Sequence record: PX670417.1
Strand: one strand, 5' to 3'
DNA length: 64,000 bases
Source of the DNA: a phage
Shown here: piece after piece, positions 1-9,063 of the stretch
How positions within the stretch are numbered: position 1 is the first letter of the stretch
Layout: each line of letters opens with the position of its first letter
Position numbers and translations under genes: made by a program
The notes under the pieces: generated by a model
Database searches by the model: none
Told to the model about the DNA's origin: nothing
What the model saw: only the letters and a program-made list of their open reading frames with translations

Positions 1-325
1 TCTTTTGGTAAAGCTCATCCCAATTTTGAGCAACCTCTTTACGGTAATTTCTATATGTTGAGTAAGACTCATAAATCTCGTGATTTACTTCTGCCAAAGC
101 ACCCTCAACAATGCTGTGAATATCGTTTACTGAGATGAGCAAATTATTCTGCTTAGTGGACTTTACCAGAATCCTCATAAATGCTGATTCAAGAGCTTGG
201 GTAACATCTGGTGGCAGTTCTTTATATCCAACCCTGTTAGCTGACTTAGTTACTGCTGCTAAAACTTTTTTGATATCCGGTTCTTCAAGTGAGCCATTCT
301 TTTTAATAATTTGTACTTTGTTCAT
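1..325 (-). CDS. ATP-cone domain protein, N-terminal part only (gene runs off the window start); possibly anaerobic ribonucleotide reductase NrdD-like
   Basis: Minus-strand frame opens at ATG 323-325 with AAGGGG RBS upstream and stays open to position 1; N-terminus MNKVQIIKKNGSLEEPDIKK...IYESYSTYRNYRKE has an ATP-cone-like pattern; not in ORF track because truncated. Confidence 0.45.
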   Translation of the reverse strand, partial: MNKVQIIKKNGSLEEPDIKKVLAAVTKSANRVGYKELPPDVTQALESAFMRILVKSTKQNNLLISVNDIHSIVEGALAEVNHEIYESYSTYRNYRKEVAQNWDELYQK

Positions 326-345
326 TATTGCCCCTTTACATGCTA

Positions 346-375
346 AAAAGGTCTCCGAGGAGACCCTTTCATTTT
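346..375. terminator. Hairpin GGTCTC-cgag-GAGACC flanked by A-run and T-run; candidate bidirectional rho-independent terminator
   Basis: Inverted repeat 350-365 with AAAAA upstream and CTTTCATTTT downstream. Confidence 0.45.
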
Positions 376-580
376 AAATCTTTTTAGAAAACTTCGAAAA
401 GAGTTCTCTTAGTTTTTCAGTGATGCCTAACTGTATCTCTAATATTTCAAAGATAACCCATAGTAACATGGCTCCGAACAACGAACCTTGTTCAAAATCA
501 GTAAATAGGTTAACAACAAGCATACCAATCACAATAGCTGGTGCATCAACAACCAAACCTTCCCAAAGGCGTTTAAGCAT
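374..580 (-). CDS. small hydrophobic (membrane) protein
   Basis: ORF track 68 aa; long hydrophobic stretch AIVIGMLVVNLF...LLWVIFEIL. Confidence 0.4.
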   Translation of the reverse strand: MLKRLWEGLVVDAPAIVIGMLVVNLFTDFEQGSLFGAMLLWVIFEILEIQLGITEKLRELFSKFSKKI

Positions 581-815
581 TGTTCACCTCTGCCATGAAA
601 TTCTGTAGCGTTCCAACAGGTTTTAGGTTTTGACCGTCAGTTTTCATGATGAATGGCATCTGACGAACTGGCATCTGTGCAATATCCATCAGGTCTGACA
701 GTTCATAATCCTGCCCTAACATTCTCACAACATGGTCAATACCACGAGCTTTCGCAAAATTCTTTGCAGTCTCACACTGAGGGCATCCAGTTTTGGAGTA
801 AATTACATAAGTCAT
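573..815 (-). CDS. glutaredoxin/NrdH-like redoxin
   Basis: 80 aa with CPQC redox motif near N-terminus; immediately downstream of nrdB. Confidence 0.7.
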   Translation of the reverse strand: MTYVIYSKTGCPQCETAKNFAKARGIDHVVRMLGQDYELSDLMDIAQMPVRQMPFIMKTDGQNLKPVGTLQNFMAEVNNA

Positions 816-1888
816 TAAGGAACCTCTAAAAATCCACTATTCAAATCATCTACAACAGTATTCAATAAGTACGCACCGTTCTGTTGCTCCTGATTAGCAT
901 TCTGCTCTTTATCAATTTCCATCTTCTTAATCATATACTTCAAAGGTGGTTCTTTAGGAGCTACAAAATCTCTGGGAATGCCAAACATATCATACAGTGG
1001 GGCAGCATTATAGTAAACCCACTCATGAAGAAGCTTTGTATTTAATCCAACTACAGCGCGTCCTTCGGAGAAGATATAATACGACCATTTCTCTTCGCTT
1101 TCAACTACTTCATCTAAGATTACTTTAATCTCTGGAAGAATTTGTTGGAAAGCTTTTTGCCACTCATCATCTCTTAAAGTTTCTTTTAAAACTTCAATAT
1201 CAATTTTAGTGTGAAGGATTTCGTCAAGCATAATTTTCTGGACAGCTTGAGCAATACCTTGAAATTTATCTTGAGCATCAAGTGCAAAAGTACATGCAAA
1301 GGATGCCATAAAAGAAATACCTTCAAGTGCAGTCACTGCAAATAGACCTTTTAGAATCACTTTATGGAAGTGTAAAGGGTCTTTGTCTAGAAGCGAGTCA
1401 CGGACATAACTCAGACGATAGTTTATGCCTTCATCTAGTAATTCTTCAAGAACACGATTCACAGTTTTTAATCGGTCTTGTACAGCAATGTTCTGGTTAA
1501 TCTCATCTAAGATTGTTTCAGGATTTTTAATACATTGCCTTACAATCTCTGAGTAAGTAAGAGCATGTAGGTTTTCAATCTCAGACTGCTTCATAATTGC
1601 AGTTGCATAAATGTCATCAGAGATAAATGGTGCAAAGGCGAATGCTAAACTCTTAGCAACTTGGGTATCTGCTTCCCATTGCCACTTAAGAATCTCAAGC
1701 ATTACACCTGACATTGATGCTGGTACACTCTCAAAATCAAGACGTGATTGTTCAAAAGGGAACTCATCTTCTGACCAGTCTTGTGCTTTTTGTTGTTTAT
1801 ATAGCTCAAAGATTTTTGGGTAGTGCTTATTAAGTGAGTCAAATGTTTTTCTCTCACCACCTAAAAAGATTGGGTGTTGGTTAATCAT
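815..1888 (-). CDS. nrdB: ribonucleotide reductase class Ia beta subunit (R2)
   Basis: ORF track frame; start set to ATG at 1888 (MINQHPIF) preceded by GGAGA RBS; adjacent to nrdA; ATGA overlap with upstream gene. Confidence 0.85.
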   Translation of the reverse strand: MINQHPIFLGGERKTFDSLNKHYPKIFELYKQQKAQDWSEDEFPFEQSRLDFESVPASMSGVMLEILKWQWEADTQVAKSLAFAFAPFISDDIYATAIMKQSEIENLHALTYSEIVRQCIKNPETILDEINQNIAVQDRLKTVNRVLEELLDEGINYRLSYVRDSLLDKDPLHFHKVILKGLFAVTALEGISFMASFACTFALDAQDKFQGIAQAVQKIMLDEILHTKIDIEVLKETLRDDEWQKAFQQILPEIKVILDEVVESEEKWSYYIFSEGRAVVGLNTKLLHEWVYYNAAPLYDMFGIPRDFVAPKEPPLKYMIKKMEIDKEQNANQEQQNGAYLLNTVVDDLNSGFLEVP

Positions 1889-2142
1889 AGTGTGATTTCT
1901 CCTTTCTTTATCATCTCTAAGGCTTGTTTTCTGTCTAAAACTTCCCAATTTTCTTTGTTAAACATGTCATAAGGTCTTGCATAGATTTTACCATCTGCTG
2001 TAGAGATGTAAGAGACACCAGCGACCCATGAGTCATCATTTTGTTTTATCATCATATCTGTGCTACTCACATAGTACAGCGTTTTCCGAGGTTTATGGAG
2101 CAAATATATGGGCCACTCATGATTTGCTATTAAATCTTTCAT
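1885..2142 (-). CDS. hypothetical protein (85 aa) between nrdA and nrdB
   Basis: ORF track frame; start chosen at ATG 2142 (MKDLIANHEW) with GGAGA RBS; stop overlaps nrdB start. Confidence 0.45.
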   Translation of the reverse strand: MKDLIANHEWPIYLLHKPRKTLYYVSSTDMMIKQNDDSWVAGVSYISTADGKIYARPYDMFNKENWEVLDRKQALEMIKKGEITL

Positions 2143-2197
2143 AGTTTCTCCAAAGTTAATTTTAGAGGGTCTTTTACGACCCTCGTAGTTATTAAAA

Positions 2198-4432
2198 CTA
2201 AACACCACAACCCTCGCAATAAGCATCTTGCAGTGCAGATTTACCTACACCAATGCGACTGTTAAGGTAGTACATGGTTTTCATACCTACTGAGTTAGCA
2301 TAAATCATGTACTTCAAAGCTTGAGCCAATGATACCTTCTTAGACTTTGCATAGTCAACATAGAAATCTGAAGAGATAGCTTGACCAGTGAACTTTTGAA
2401 CAATTGCATAACAATCAATCAGGTCAAAGGTGTCAATATCCCAAGCAATTTCATAGACATACTTCAACTCTTCGTAATCTGGAACAATAAACAGTACGTT
2501 ACCAGTTGCAGACTTTTTAGTTAAAATAAAGTCACGAATTGGATACAAGCCGTTTGTCGTATTAGTTGCCAGTGAAGAACTCTCATTAGGCATGTAAGCT
2601 TCTAATACAGAGTTACGGATTCCACCATTTTCTTTAATACGTTGTGCTAAGTCATCCCAATCATAACGAAGTTTTGCATCATGCTTCTCATCAATCTTCC
2701 TGTTAGCTGTCTTCGGAGGAACCCAACCTTCAGGATACTTAGTGAACTGCATATACTCAGGCACACCACGTTCTTTAGCAAGTCTTAAAGAGGCTTCGTG
2801 TAAGTAGTAAGAGTGCATTTCAGCAAGCTCATGGAGCTTTGTCTTACCTGCTCTTGAAGAATAGTTCACGTAGTTTTTCGCAAGGTAATGAGCCACATTT
2901 GTAAGGCCAATACCAACAGAACGACGCTTCTGAACATGGTTGCGCATCGACGGATACGGATAATCCATAAGGTCAATAACGGAGTCAACCATTGCAAGAG
3001 CATAATAAGCAACGTCAGCGTATTCATCTTCTGAAATTCTCCCTGCAACCAAACTAGCTAGGAAGCAAAGAGCTACCTCACCATCCTCTTTCACAGCGTC
3101 ATCTCTGTAAAGGTCTGTCTCTTTCTCAAAGCCGTACACTGGCAACACAATTTCCATACAAAGATTTGACATCTTCAAAGGCTCTTTAAATGGTGTATGT
3201 GTGTTTGCATTATTTGTGAAGAATGGATACACACGGCCTGTTGCATAACGCTGCTGGATAAACAGTTTAGCAATTTCACGAGCCTTTACTCGTCTGTGCT
3301 TAACACCTGAATGCACTGCATGACCAACTGCCATAGCAAACTCATCAGCAGATGCTGTGTAGAACATGTCATAGAGCTTTGGTGCATCCTTGTAAGAGAA
3401 TAACAACCAGTCTGTATCATATTGAACACACTGCCAGAAGTAATCATTTGTACCAAATGAGTAGTCCATCTCGTTAATACGTTTCGAAGGAACCGTTGTA
3501 GGGTGCTTCAAACGCAGTAAATCTTCAATCTGCGGGTCTAGAGCAGTGTAGAAGTTGTTAGCTGAACCACCACGACTCTTCTGTTTGTTTGCCTCTACAG
3601 ATGAGCGTACAAGCTTGTAATAAGGCAGTTTACCCATGTGCTCAATAGTGTTTTGACGGATACCATCACCAATAGTGCGAGTCTCCATCAGCATACCAAT
3701 ACCAGCTTGCTTTGTGGTCATGTCATAGGCAACCTTTGCAGCAATACCTAGAGACTCAGCGGTATCATTTGCCTTAATCAAACAGCATGACGCATAACCT
3801 GATTTAGTAGCTCTTAAACCATTCAGATAAGGCGTAGGAGCATTAATCTTCAGGTCAGATAGGTAAGTGTACAGCTTGATAACATCTTGCAGTCTACGGT
3901 GCTTTGGTTGCTTCTCAAAGGCTTTCATAGCCATACCCATAAACATAAATTGTGGTGACTCAAAAAGTCTTCCCGTTTTAATATCACGGATACCATACTT
4001 GTCTCTGAACTGTTTCAAAACTGCATAACCGTAAGAGATATCTTTTGAGTGCACAATGTACCCTTGCAGATATTCAAGCTCTTCCTGAGAATAGTCCATC
4101 TTCTCCCAAAGTCCTGCTCTCTCCATATTTTTAACGAAGGTAACCAGCGTAGGAACCTTAGTAAAGCCTCCAAAGGCTTCTTTGTAGATAATCCCCAGAA
4201 GTAGCCGTCCAGCCATGTCTGAGTACTCTTGAGTTTGTTTATCAACACAAACATCAATCATGGCTTGGTGCATCTCTTTTGTAGTGCAACCCTCGTAGAC
4301 ACGTTTCATGGCTTCCATAGTGACTTCTGACCAGATAATTCCACGCTTATCTGCCCATGATGCCCACTTATTCAGTCTTTCTGGGTCAAAGTTTACTACT
4401 GTACCGTTTGATTTTTTAATTGTCTTAATCAT
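2198..4432 (-). CDS. nrdA: ribonucleotide reductase class Ia alpha subunit (R1)
   Basis: 744 aa; recognisable NrdA-like sequence including active-site region SNLCMEI and C-terminal CEGCGV tail. Confidence 0.9.
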   Translation of the reverse strand: MIKTIKKSNGTVVNFDPERLNKWASWADKRGIIWSEVTMEAMKRVYEGCTTKEMHQAMIDVCVDKQTQEYSDMAGRLLLGIIYKEAFGGFTKVPTLVTFVKNMERAGLWEKMDYSQEELEYLQGYIVHSKDISYGYAVLKQFRDKYGIRDIKTGRLFESPQFMFMGMAMKAFEKQPKHRRLQDVIKLYTYLSDLKINAPTPYLNGLRATKSGYASCCLIKANDTAESLGIAAKVAYDMTTKQAGIGMLMETRTIGDGIRQNTIEHMGKLPYYKLVRSSVEANKQKSRGGSANNFYTALDPQIEDLLRLKHPTTVPSKRINEMDYSFGTNDYFWQCVQYDTDWLLFSYKDAPKLYDMFYTASADEFAMAVGHAVHSGVKHRRVKAREIAKLFIQQRYATGRVYPFFTNNANTHTPFKEPLKMSNLCMEIVLPVYGFEKETDLYRDDAVKEDGEVALCFLASLVAGRISEDEYADVAYYALAMVDSVIDLMDYPYPSMRNHVQKRRSVGIGLTNVAHYLAKNYVNYSSRAGKTKLHELAEMHSYYLHEASLRLAKERGVPEYMQFTKYPEGWVPPKTANRKIDEKHDAKLRYDWDDLAQRIKENGGIRNSVLEAYMPNESSSLATNTTNGLYPIRDFILTKKSATGNVLFIVPDYEELKYVYEIAWDIDTFDLIDCYAIVQKFTGQAISSDFYVDYAKSKKVSLAQALKYMIYANSVGMKTMYYLNSRIGVGKSALQDAYCEGCGV

Positions 4433-4450
4433 TTTTTAAATCCTACAGAT

Positions 4451-4473
4451 GAAAAGAGCCTCCGAAGAGGCTC
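4451..4473 (-). terminator. rho-independent terminator (GAGCCTC-cgaa-GAGGCTC + U-run on minus sense)
   Basis: Perfect 7-bp stem 4456-4473 with A-run 4451-4455 on plus (U-run in minus transcript); sits after gene 4480-4818. Confidence 0.6.
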
Positions 4474-4479
4474 CCTAGT

Positions 4480-4818
4480 TTAAATCTTGAAAATTTGCTC
4501 ATTCTGCCACATATCGTAAAACTTATCACTTACCTTTGTGACTGAAGATGTGTGCATACAATTCAGGGAGAACCATGATGATGTATTATTATCCATAATT
4601 GTTTCAAGTTTTTGTGTGACATTCACATCCATGTCTGCAACAACGTAATTGCCTCGCATTTTGCAAACAACTCTTCCAAACAAGATTGCACTTCTACCTC
4701 TTCGGTCATCACAGTACATAACTGTGTCTCCGTGCTTAACATCTTGTCCGATACTGTCAACACCTAACTTAGCACCTGAGATAATGTCATCATAAGATAA
4801 CTTTTTTGCTTTAGACAC
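4480..4818 (-). CDS. hypothetical protein
   Basis: ORF track 112 aa; followed by terminator. Confidence 0.5.
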   Translation of the reverse strand: MSKAKKLSYDDIISGAKLGVDSIGQDVKHGDTVMYCDDRRGRSAILFGRVVCKMRGNYVVADMDVNVTQKLETIMDNNTSSWFSLNCMHTSSVTKVSDKFYDMWQNEQIFKI

Positions 4819-5143
4819 GGTATTTCTCCAAGTTTCTTTTTAGATATAACCAACCATAGTCAGTTCTTTCTACACCCATGAAGAGTGGAGCCATTACAAC
4901 TTTACCAAAAGTATTTCTGTGTAGGCAGATTTCAAAGGAATATTCTTTCTCAATATCAATCCCATATTTGTACAGGACTGCTTTTAAAACTTGTTCATTA
5001 TCCAGAAGTGTATCTGGAGTCTCACCATACTTCTCAAGTAACGGGTCATTCATAAACACCGTCATAGAAATATTGTAGTTTGAGAAGTGGCTCTTCTGAG
5101 CCACAACCTCTTTATTAATGTTCTGTGAATCCATTATAACCAA
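4811..5143 (-). CDS. hypothetical protein
   Basis: ORF track 110 aa, co-directional with neighbours. Confidence 0.5.
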   Translation of the reverse strand: MVIMDSQNINKEVVAQKSHFSNYNISMTVFMNDPLLEKYGETPDTLLDNEQVLKAVLYKYGIDIEKEYSFEICLHRNTFGKVVMAPLFMGVERTDYGWLYLKRNLEKYRV

Positions 5144-5870
5144 CCCCTTTTAACCAGCACTTCAGGTTATTAGCATCATAATTCAGTTTCGGGTATGAGG
5201 TTACATGGAACTGCTCACCATCATAGTAGACAATATCTGCAATCCATAGTCCATTCTCTTTACAGAAATCTTTATCTGCTTTAGAGGTAATTGGATTAAC
5301 TTCTACAAAACCATCTACACCCAAATCCTTTAAGCTACCTACAATACCTTTGCAGATAACGCATGTCTCAGATACTACCACAAAAAGTTCTTGGCTTTCA
5401 AGCTCTACAATGTATTCACCAAGCTGTACTTTAGGGAGATTTGATTGCTTCATAATCTTCCCATCGGCTGCACGGACAATCGCATACCACTCTTTACCAT
5501 CAACCACTGACATTCTGATAATACACTCTTGACCAGTACGCTTCTCAATATCTGCAAGACGTTTTAAAGCTTCTTCATAGTCATCTGTGTACTTCAGGTC
5601 ATTATTATGGCAAACAGCTTTCATAGCACCGTTATGGTCATGTTGTGACAGGTAAATCAAACCGTCAAGAACATATTGCAAATCTGCCTGAGCATCAAGT
5701 GTCTCAATGGGGTCTTTCTCTTCAATTGCTTTCACAAGCTCTTTTGCTTCTTCCAGCATACATAAAGATTGAGACTTTAAAGATTCCCAATACTCGTCAC
5801 TGTAAGGTTGCTTTTGAGTGTTCCCACAACGAAGGTTCCAGTTTTTTACTGATTCTCTTGAGTTAAACAT
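5115..5870 (-). CDS. hypothetical protein with possible MazG-like nucleotide pyrophosphohydrolase N-terminal domain
   Basis: 251 aa; segment LEEAKELVKAIEEKDPIETLDAQADLQYVLDGL resembles MazG EExxE...D motif pattern; assignment tentative. Confidence 0.4.
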   Translation of the reverse strand: MFNSRESVKNWNLRCGNTQKQPYSDEYWESLKSQSLCMLEEAKELVKAIEEKDPIETLDAQADLQYVLDGLIYLSQHDHNGAMKAVCHNNDLKYTDDYEEALKRLADIEKRTGQECIIRMSVVDGKEWYAIVRAADGKIMKQSNLPKVQLGEYIVELESQELFVVVSETCVICKGIVGSLKDLGVDGFVEVNPITSKADKDFCKENGLWIADIVYYDGEQFHVTSYPKLNYDANNLKCWLKGVGYNGFTEH

Positions 5871-6109
5871 TCGGACTCCTTAAAATATTTGTTAACCTTT
5901 AGCTCTCGCGTTTCAATATATTCCAGATGCTCACGTAGCTCTTGACGTTTAAGCATTAGGTGCTGCATTTGAGATTCAACAGCTTCAACTTCTTTAATTA
6001 TTGACTCTCTGGCATTTGCAAGAATGCGCTCAAGTTCTTCAATCTTGCTGTCAACTTTTGCTACATGACTCACAGCTTTACTTTTGTTAAACATTTTATT
6101 CTCTCTCAA
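5846..6109 (-). CDS. small coiled-coil protein
   Basis: ORF track 87 aa, charged heptad-like sequence. Confidence 0.4.
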   Translation of the reverse strand: MRENKMFNKSKAVSHVAKVDSKIEELERILANARESIIKEVEAVESQMQHLMLKRQELREHLEYIETRELKVNKYFKESECLTQENQ

Positions 6110-6115
6110 TAGTTA

Positions 6116-6613
6116 TCAAGCACAGTTTGCTTTCATTACCTTATGGATTCTTTTTTCAGCATCTTCATAAGTTTCTTTAGTAATAAACTTAATTGCTGCA
6201 ATATTGGCATTGTAGAAGAGTCTGAGCTTAGAGTCAATCCTTTTTGTCATTACATCGAATTTATGTTGGAGGTTTGCTTCACCATAAACTAGGCCACCTT
6301 TCGTGTAGTAGGTTTGGATAATGTAAAAGTCAAAAAATTCCTTTCCAAAGTTCTCGATATCTTTTTTAATATACTCAGAAGAAGTCTCATAAGTCATCCA
6401 ATCACTCTCCTTAGTGACTACCTTCTTCCGAGTCTTGCCAGCAACTTTTCTTTTGGTCACACTATTAAGCTGTTTCTTTCCGATATAATATTGTCCAGTT
6501 TTCTTACAGTGTACTAAATAGACAAAACCAAAATGTTTAGTGGGGTCAACTTCCCCACATAAAGATACCCAATGTCCATAGGTGGGACAATTGCCAAATC
6601 CTTTAATCTTCAT
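6116..6613 (-). CDS. putative GIY-YIG family endonuclease-like protein
   Basis: 165 aa; FGFVYLVHCKKTGQYYIGKK matches GIY...YIG spacing; tentative. Confidence 0.35.
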   Translation of the reverse strand: MKIKGFGNCPTYGHWVSLCGEVDPTKHFGFVYLVHCKKTGQYYIGKKQLNSVTKRKVAGKTRKKVVTKESDWMTYETSSEYIKKDIENFGKEFFDFYIIQTYYTKGGLVYGEANLQHKFDVMTKRIDSKLRLFYNANIAAIKFITKETYEDAEKRIHKVMKANCA

Positions 6614-7643
6614 TCATACACGGCTCCCAATTATATTTCTTAAAAGAGAAATTATCTTTTGGATTTCTCTCTTGATATGCTATCCAGAAATGCTGTTCCA
6701 TTAACTCTAATGGTGTCTTTGTAACAGTCTGTCCATCCCATGATACATAGGTGTAAGACTCTTTTTTAGCATAGAGTTCATAGATAGCATCAAGACACTC
6801 TTTGTAGGTCTCTTTACCATCTAAAGCATTCATCACAGCTACTTTTCCAGCACCTTTAAGTCCGAAGTAGTTGTCTGCATTATCTCCAGCAACAGCCTGA
6901 TAACACAAGAATTTAAAACCTACACCAACTGTTTTTGCAGCTTTTGGTTTTGATTTGATAGGGCAATCCCAGATATCACCAACATTATTGTCAGCAATAA
7001 AAATTAGTGGTGACTTTTCATAAGTCATATCAATACAGTAAGTACCTTCAGCTTGTCGAAGGTCTTTATCAATACTCATAAGAGCAGCTTTCTTACCCAT
7101 CTTTTCAGCTTTAGCAATTACGATTGAATCGGCTTCGAAGCCACCCCTTAAGAGCTTGAACTCTGGTCTGGATAAAAGATATTCACGACAAGCGACTAAG
7201 TGTGTTGGTGTGACAGCATCTTTACGGTTACCTTGATATTGGTGCTCAAGACCTTTAATATCTTTATGTTTATGTACACCCTTCTCTGTTAAATAACCTA
7301 CCCAAGTTCTTTCTTTACCAACAACCTTAAGCCATTCCTGAAGAACCTGTTGAGTCGCCATGATAGCTTCTTTTTCACTCTTAGCTTCTTTCCAAGTCTG
7401 TCTTTCCCATTCATCTTCATCAAATGTTAGGCCAAGCTCTTCTACAAGGATTCTCTGGTCTGCTAACCATCTTGCAGCATCTTTTGCATTATCAAATGGT
7501 TCAGATTCTTCTGCTGTGAGTTTATTGACATATTTATATTTTGCTTTCTCAACTACACAAGCACCTTTATAGGCAATACTGTCAGAGTCAATAAAGACAT
7601 GTGTAACTGAATCGGGAAGTTTTGTTAGCGTATACTTCTCCAT
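6603..7643 (-). CDS. 5'-3' exonuclease / flap endonuclease (FEN, RNase H-like)
   Basis: 346 aa; H3TH-like motif AGDNADNYFGLKGAGKVAV; location in replication cluster. Confidence 0.65.
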   Translation of the reverse strand: MEKYTLTKLPDSVTHVFIDSDSIAYKGACVVEKAKYKYVNKLTAEESEPFDNAKDAARWLADQRILVEELGLTFDEDEWERQTWKEAKSEKEAIMATQQVLQEWLKVVGKERTWVGYLTEKGVHKHKDIKGLEHQYQGNRKDAVTPTHLVACREYLLSRPEFKLLRGGFEADSIVIAKAEKMGKKAALMSIDKDLRQAEGTYCIDMTYEKSPLIFIADNNVGDIWDCPIKSKPKAAKTVGVGFKFLCYQAVAGDNADNYFGLKGAGKVAVMNALDGKETYKECLDAIYELYAKKESYTYVSWDGQTVTKTPLELMEQHFWIAYQERNPKDNFSFKKYNWEPCMNED

Positions 7644-7705
7644 TGTGACTCTCCATATGAAAAAGCCCCATACTAAGTACAGGGCTTTAAAGTAACTTTT
7701 AGAGA

Positions 7706-8563
7706 TTAGTCTTCTGTATCGAAGTCTTCATCTTCTTCGTCATCTGGGTCTGGCAAGTCTTCATCGTCACCATCATCAGAGTTATTCGAAGGTTTGTGGT
7801 CTGTTGCGTCTTCTTCAGTGATTTCACCGTTATCTTCAACGCCGTCAAGACCAAGCATAGCCAGTTCGTCTTCATCCAGTTCAGGTTCACCGTTAGCACC
7901 GTTACCACCAGTGTAAGGTACAAGGGTATCAATGATAAACTGTTCCTGAATAGGTTTTGTCAGAACATTGTTCTCAAAAGTGTAGAAGTGAGTAGAAAGA
8001 ATCACACTACCGAAAGAACCGTTACCGACTGCAATATCTGGATGAATTACATCATAGTTCTTGTCATCTTCATGTTTATCAGATGCTTGAGCTTTGATTT
8101 TCTTCATCGGCTGTTTAACAGCTACACGCTTACCATTTACTTCTTCAATCAGCATTACAGGGAATGACTGTTTAGCTGTCCACACAGCACCATCCTTATA
8201 AGCTGCTGCACGACTTACTTTCAGGATGTAGTAAGTGTCTGCTTCAAATGGTGGTTTGCAACCAAACTTCTCTTCGAAGTCATCTGCATCAACTGCTTCA
8301 GTAGTAACTTTATCCCAACCTTCTGGGTTTTTCTTAGACTTAGTGAACTCTTTAAACAGTTTGTTACCATCTTCTGCCAGAATTGAAACACTGTAGTTGC
8401 AGTCTTTGCCTGGGAATTTCTTATCAATGGATTTACCTTTTCCCGGACGTGGTGAAGTGTTCAGGTAATAAAACCAAACATCTTTCAGCAGGTAACGCAG
8501 AGTTTGACGTTCAGTACCGTTGTACTTCTCTACCGGAGCTTTCATTTTAACAACTTTAGACAT
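7706..8563 (-). CDS. single-stranded DNA-binding protein (T7 gp2.5-like, acidic C-terminal tail)
   Basis: 285 aa ending in highly acidic tail DDGDDEDLPDPDDEEDEDFDTED with aromatic residue, as in phage SSBs. Confidence 0.55.
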   Translation of the reverse strand: MSKVVKMKAPVEKYNGTERQTLRYLLKDVWFYYLNTSPRPGKGKSIDKKFPGKDCNYSVSILAEDGNKLFKEFTKSKKNPEGWDKVTTEAVDADDFEEKFGCKPPFEADTYYILKVSRAAAYKDGAVWTAKQSFPVMLIEEVNGKRVAVKQPMKKIKAQASDKHEDDKNYDVIHPDIAVGNGSFGSVILSTHFYTFENNVLTKPIQEQFIIDTLVPYTGGNGANGEPELDEDELAMLGLDGVEDNGEITEEDATDHKPSNNSDDGDDEDLPDPDDEEDEDFDTED

Positions 8564-8599
8564 TATTTAAACCTCTATCTCAATTTATGAAGAGTACCA

Positions 8600-8628
8600 A
8601 TTCTAGTTTGTTGATACTCTATTGTCAA
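8600..8628 (-). promoter_or_regulatory. sigma70-like promoter TTGACA-17-TAGAAT upstream of SSB gene
   Basis: Minus-strand TTGACA (8623-8628) and TAGAAT (8600-8605) with 17-bp spacer, about 40 nt upstream of start at 8563. Confidence 0.5.
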
Positions 8629-8635
8629 ATATTAA

Positions 8636-8785
8636 TTACTGGAAGTTGTGCTTATCTTTAGAAGCTGCTTTACGTGCAGTTTTTCCAGTTCTTACACGTT
8701 TCTCTTCATAGTATTTTGCTGGTTTGCCAGCAGTGGCTTTTAAGGAATCCCCAAAAACTTTTTCAAATGCTTTAGAGTGTTTCAT
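8636..8785 (-). CDS. small basic protein (49 aa)
   Basis: ATG at 8783-8785 preceded by GGAGA RBS; MKHSKAFEKVFGDSLKATAGKPAKYYEEKRVRTGKTARKAASKDKHNFQ; below ORF-track size cutoff. Confidence 0.3.
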   Translation of the reverse strand: MKHSKAFEKVFGDSLKATAGKPAKYYEEKRVRTGKTARKAASKDKHNFQ

Positions 8786-9063
8786 GATATTCTCCGATAT
8801 ACTTGATATTCAAACACATTTTCTTTAATTATAAACAGCCAACTAATATTATGCTTAGGCAGTGCAATGATGACTGTAATCGTGCTTTGGTAGAAATCTT
8901 CTTTTATCTCAACCTCCCCATTGCATTTCATGAGGAGCATTTTATAGAACCTATCAATCTTTGTCAAACACTCTTCCTGAAATTTATTTAAACTTTTTTC
9001 TTCAAAGAAGGGTATAAACCCCTCTCTTTTATAACTATCACTCAGTTTCAAACGGGCAGTCAT
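8782..9063 (-). CDS. hypothetical protein
   Basis: ORF track frame; start set to ATG 9063 (MTARLKL) with GAGG RBS; AT-rich region, low confidence. Confidence 0.3.
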   Translation of the reverse strand: MTARLKLSDSYKREGFIPFFEEKSLNKFQEECLTKIDRFYKMLLMKCNGEVEIKEDFYQSTITVIIALPKHNISWLFIIKENVFEYQVYRRIS

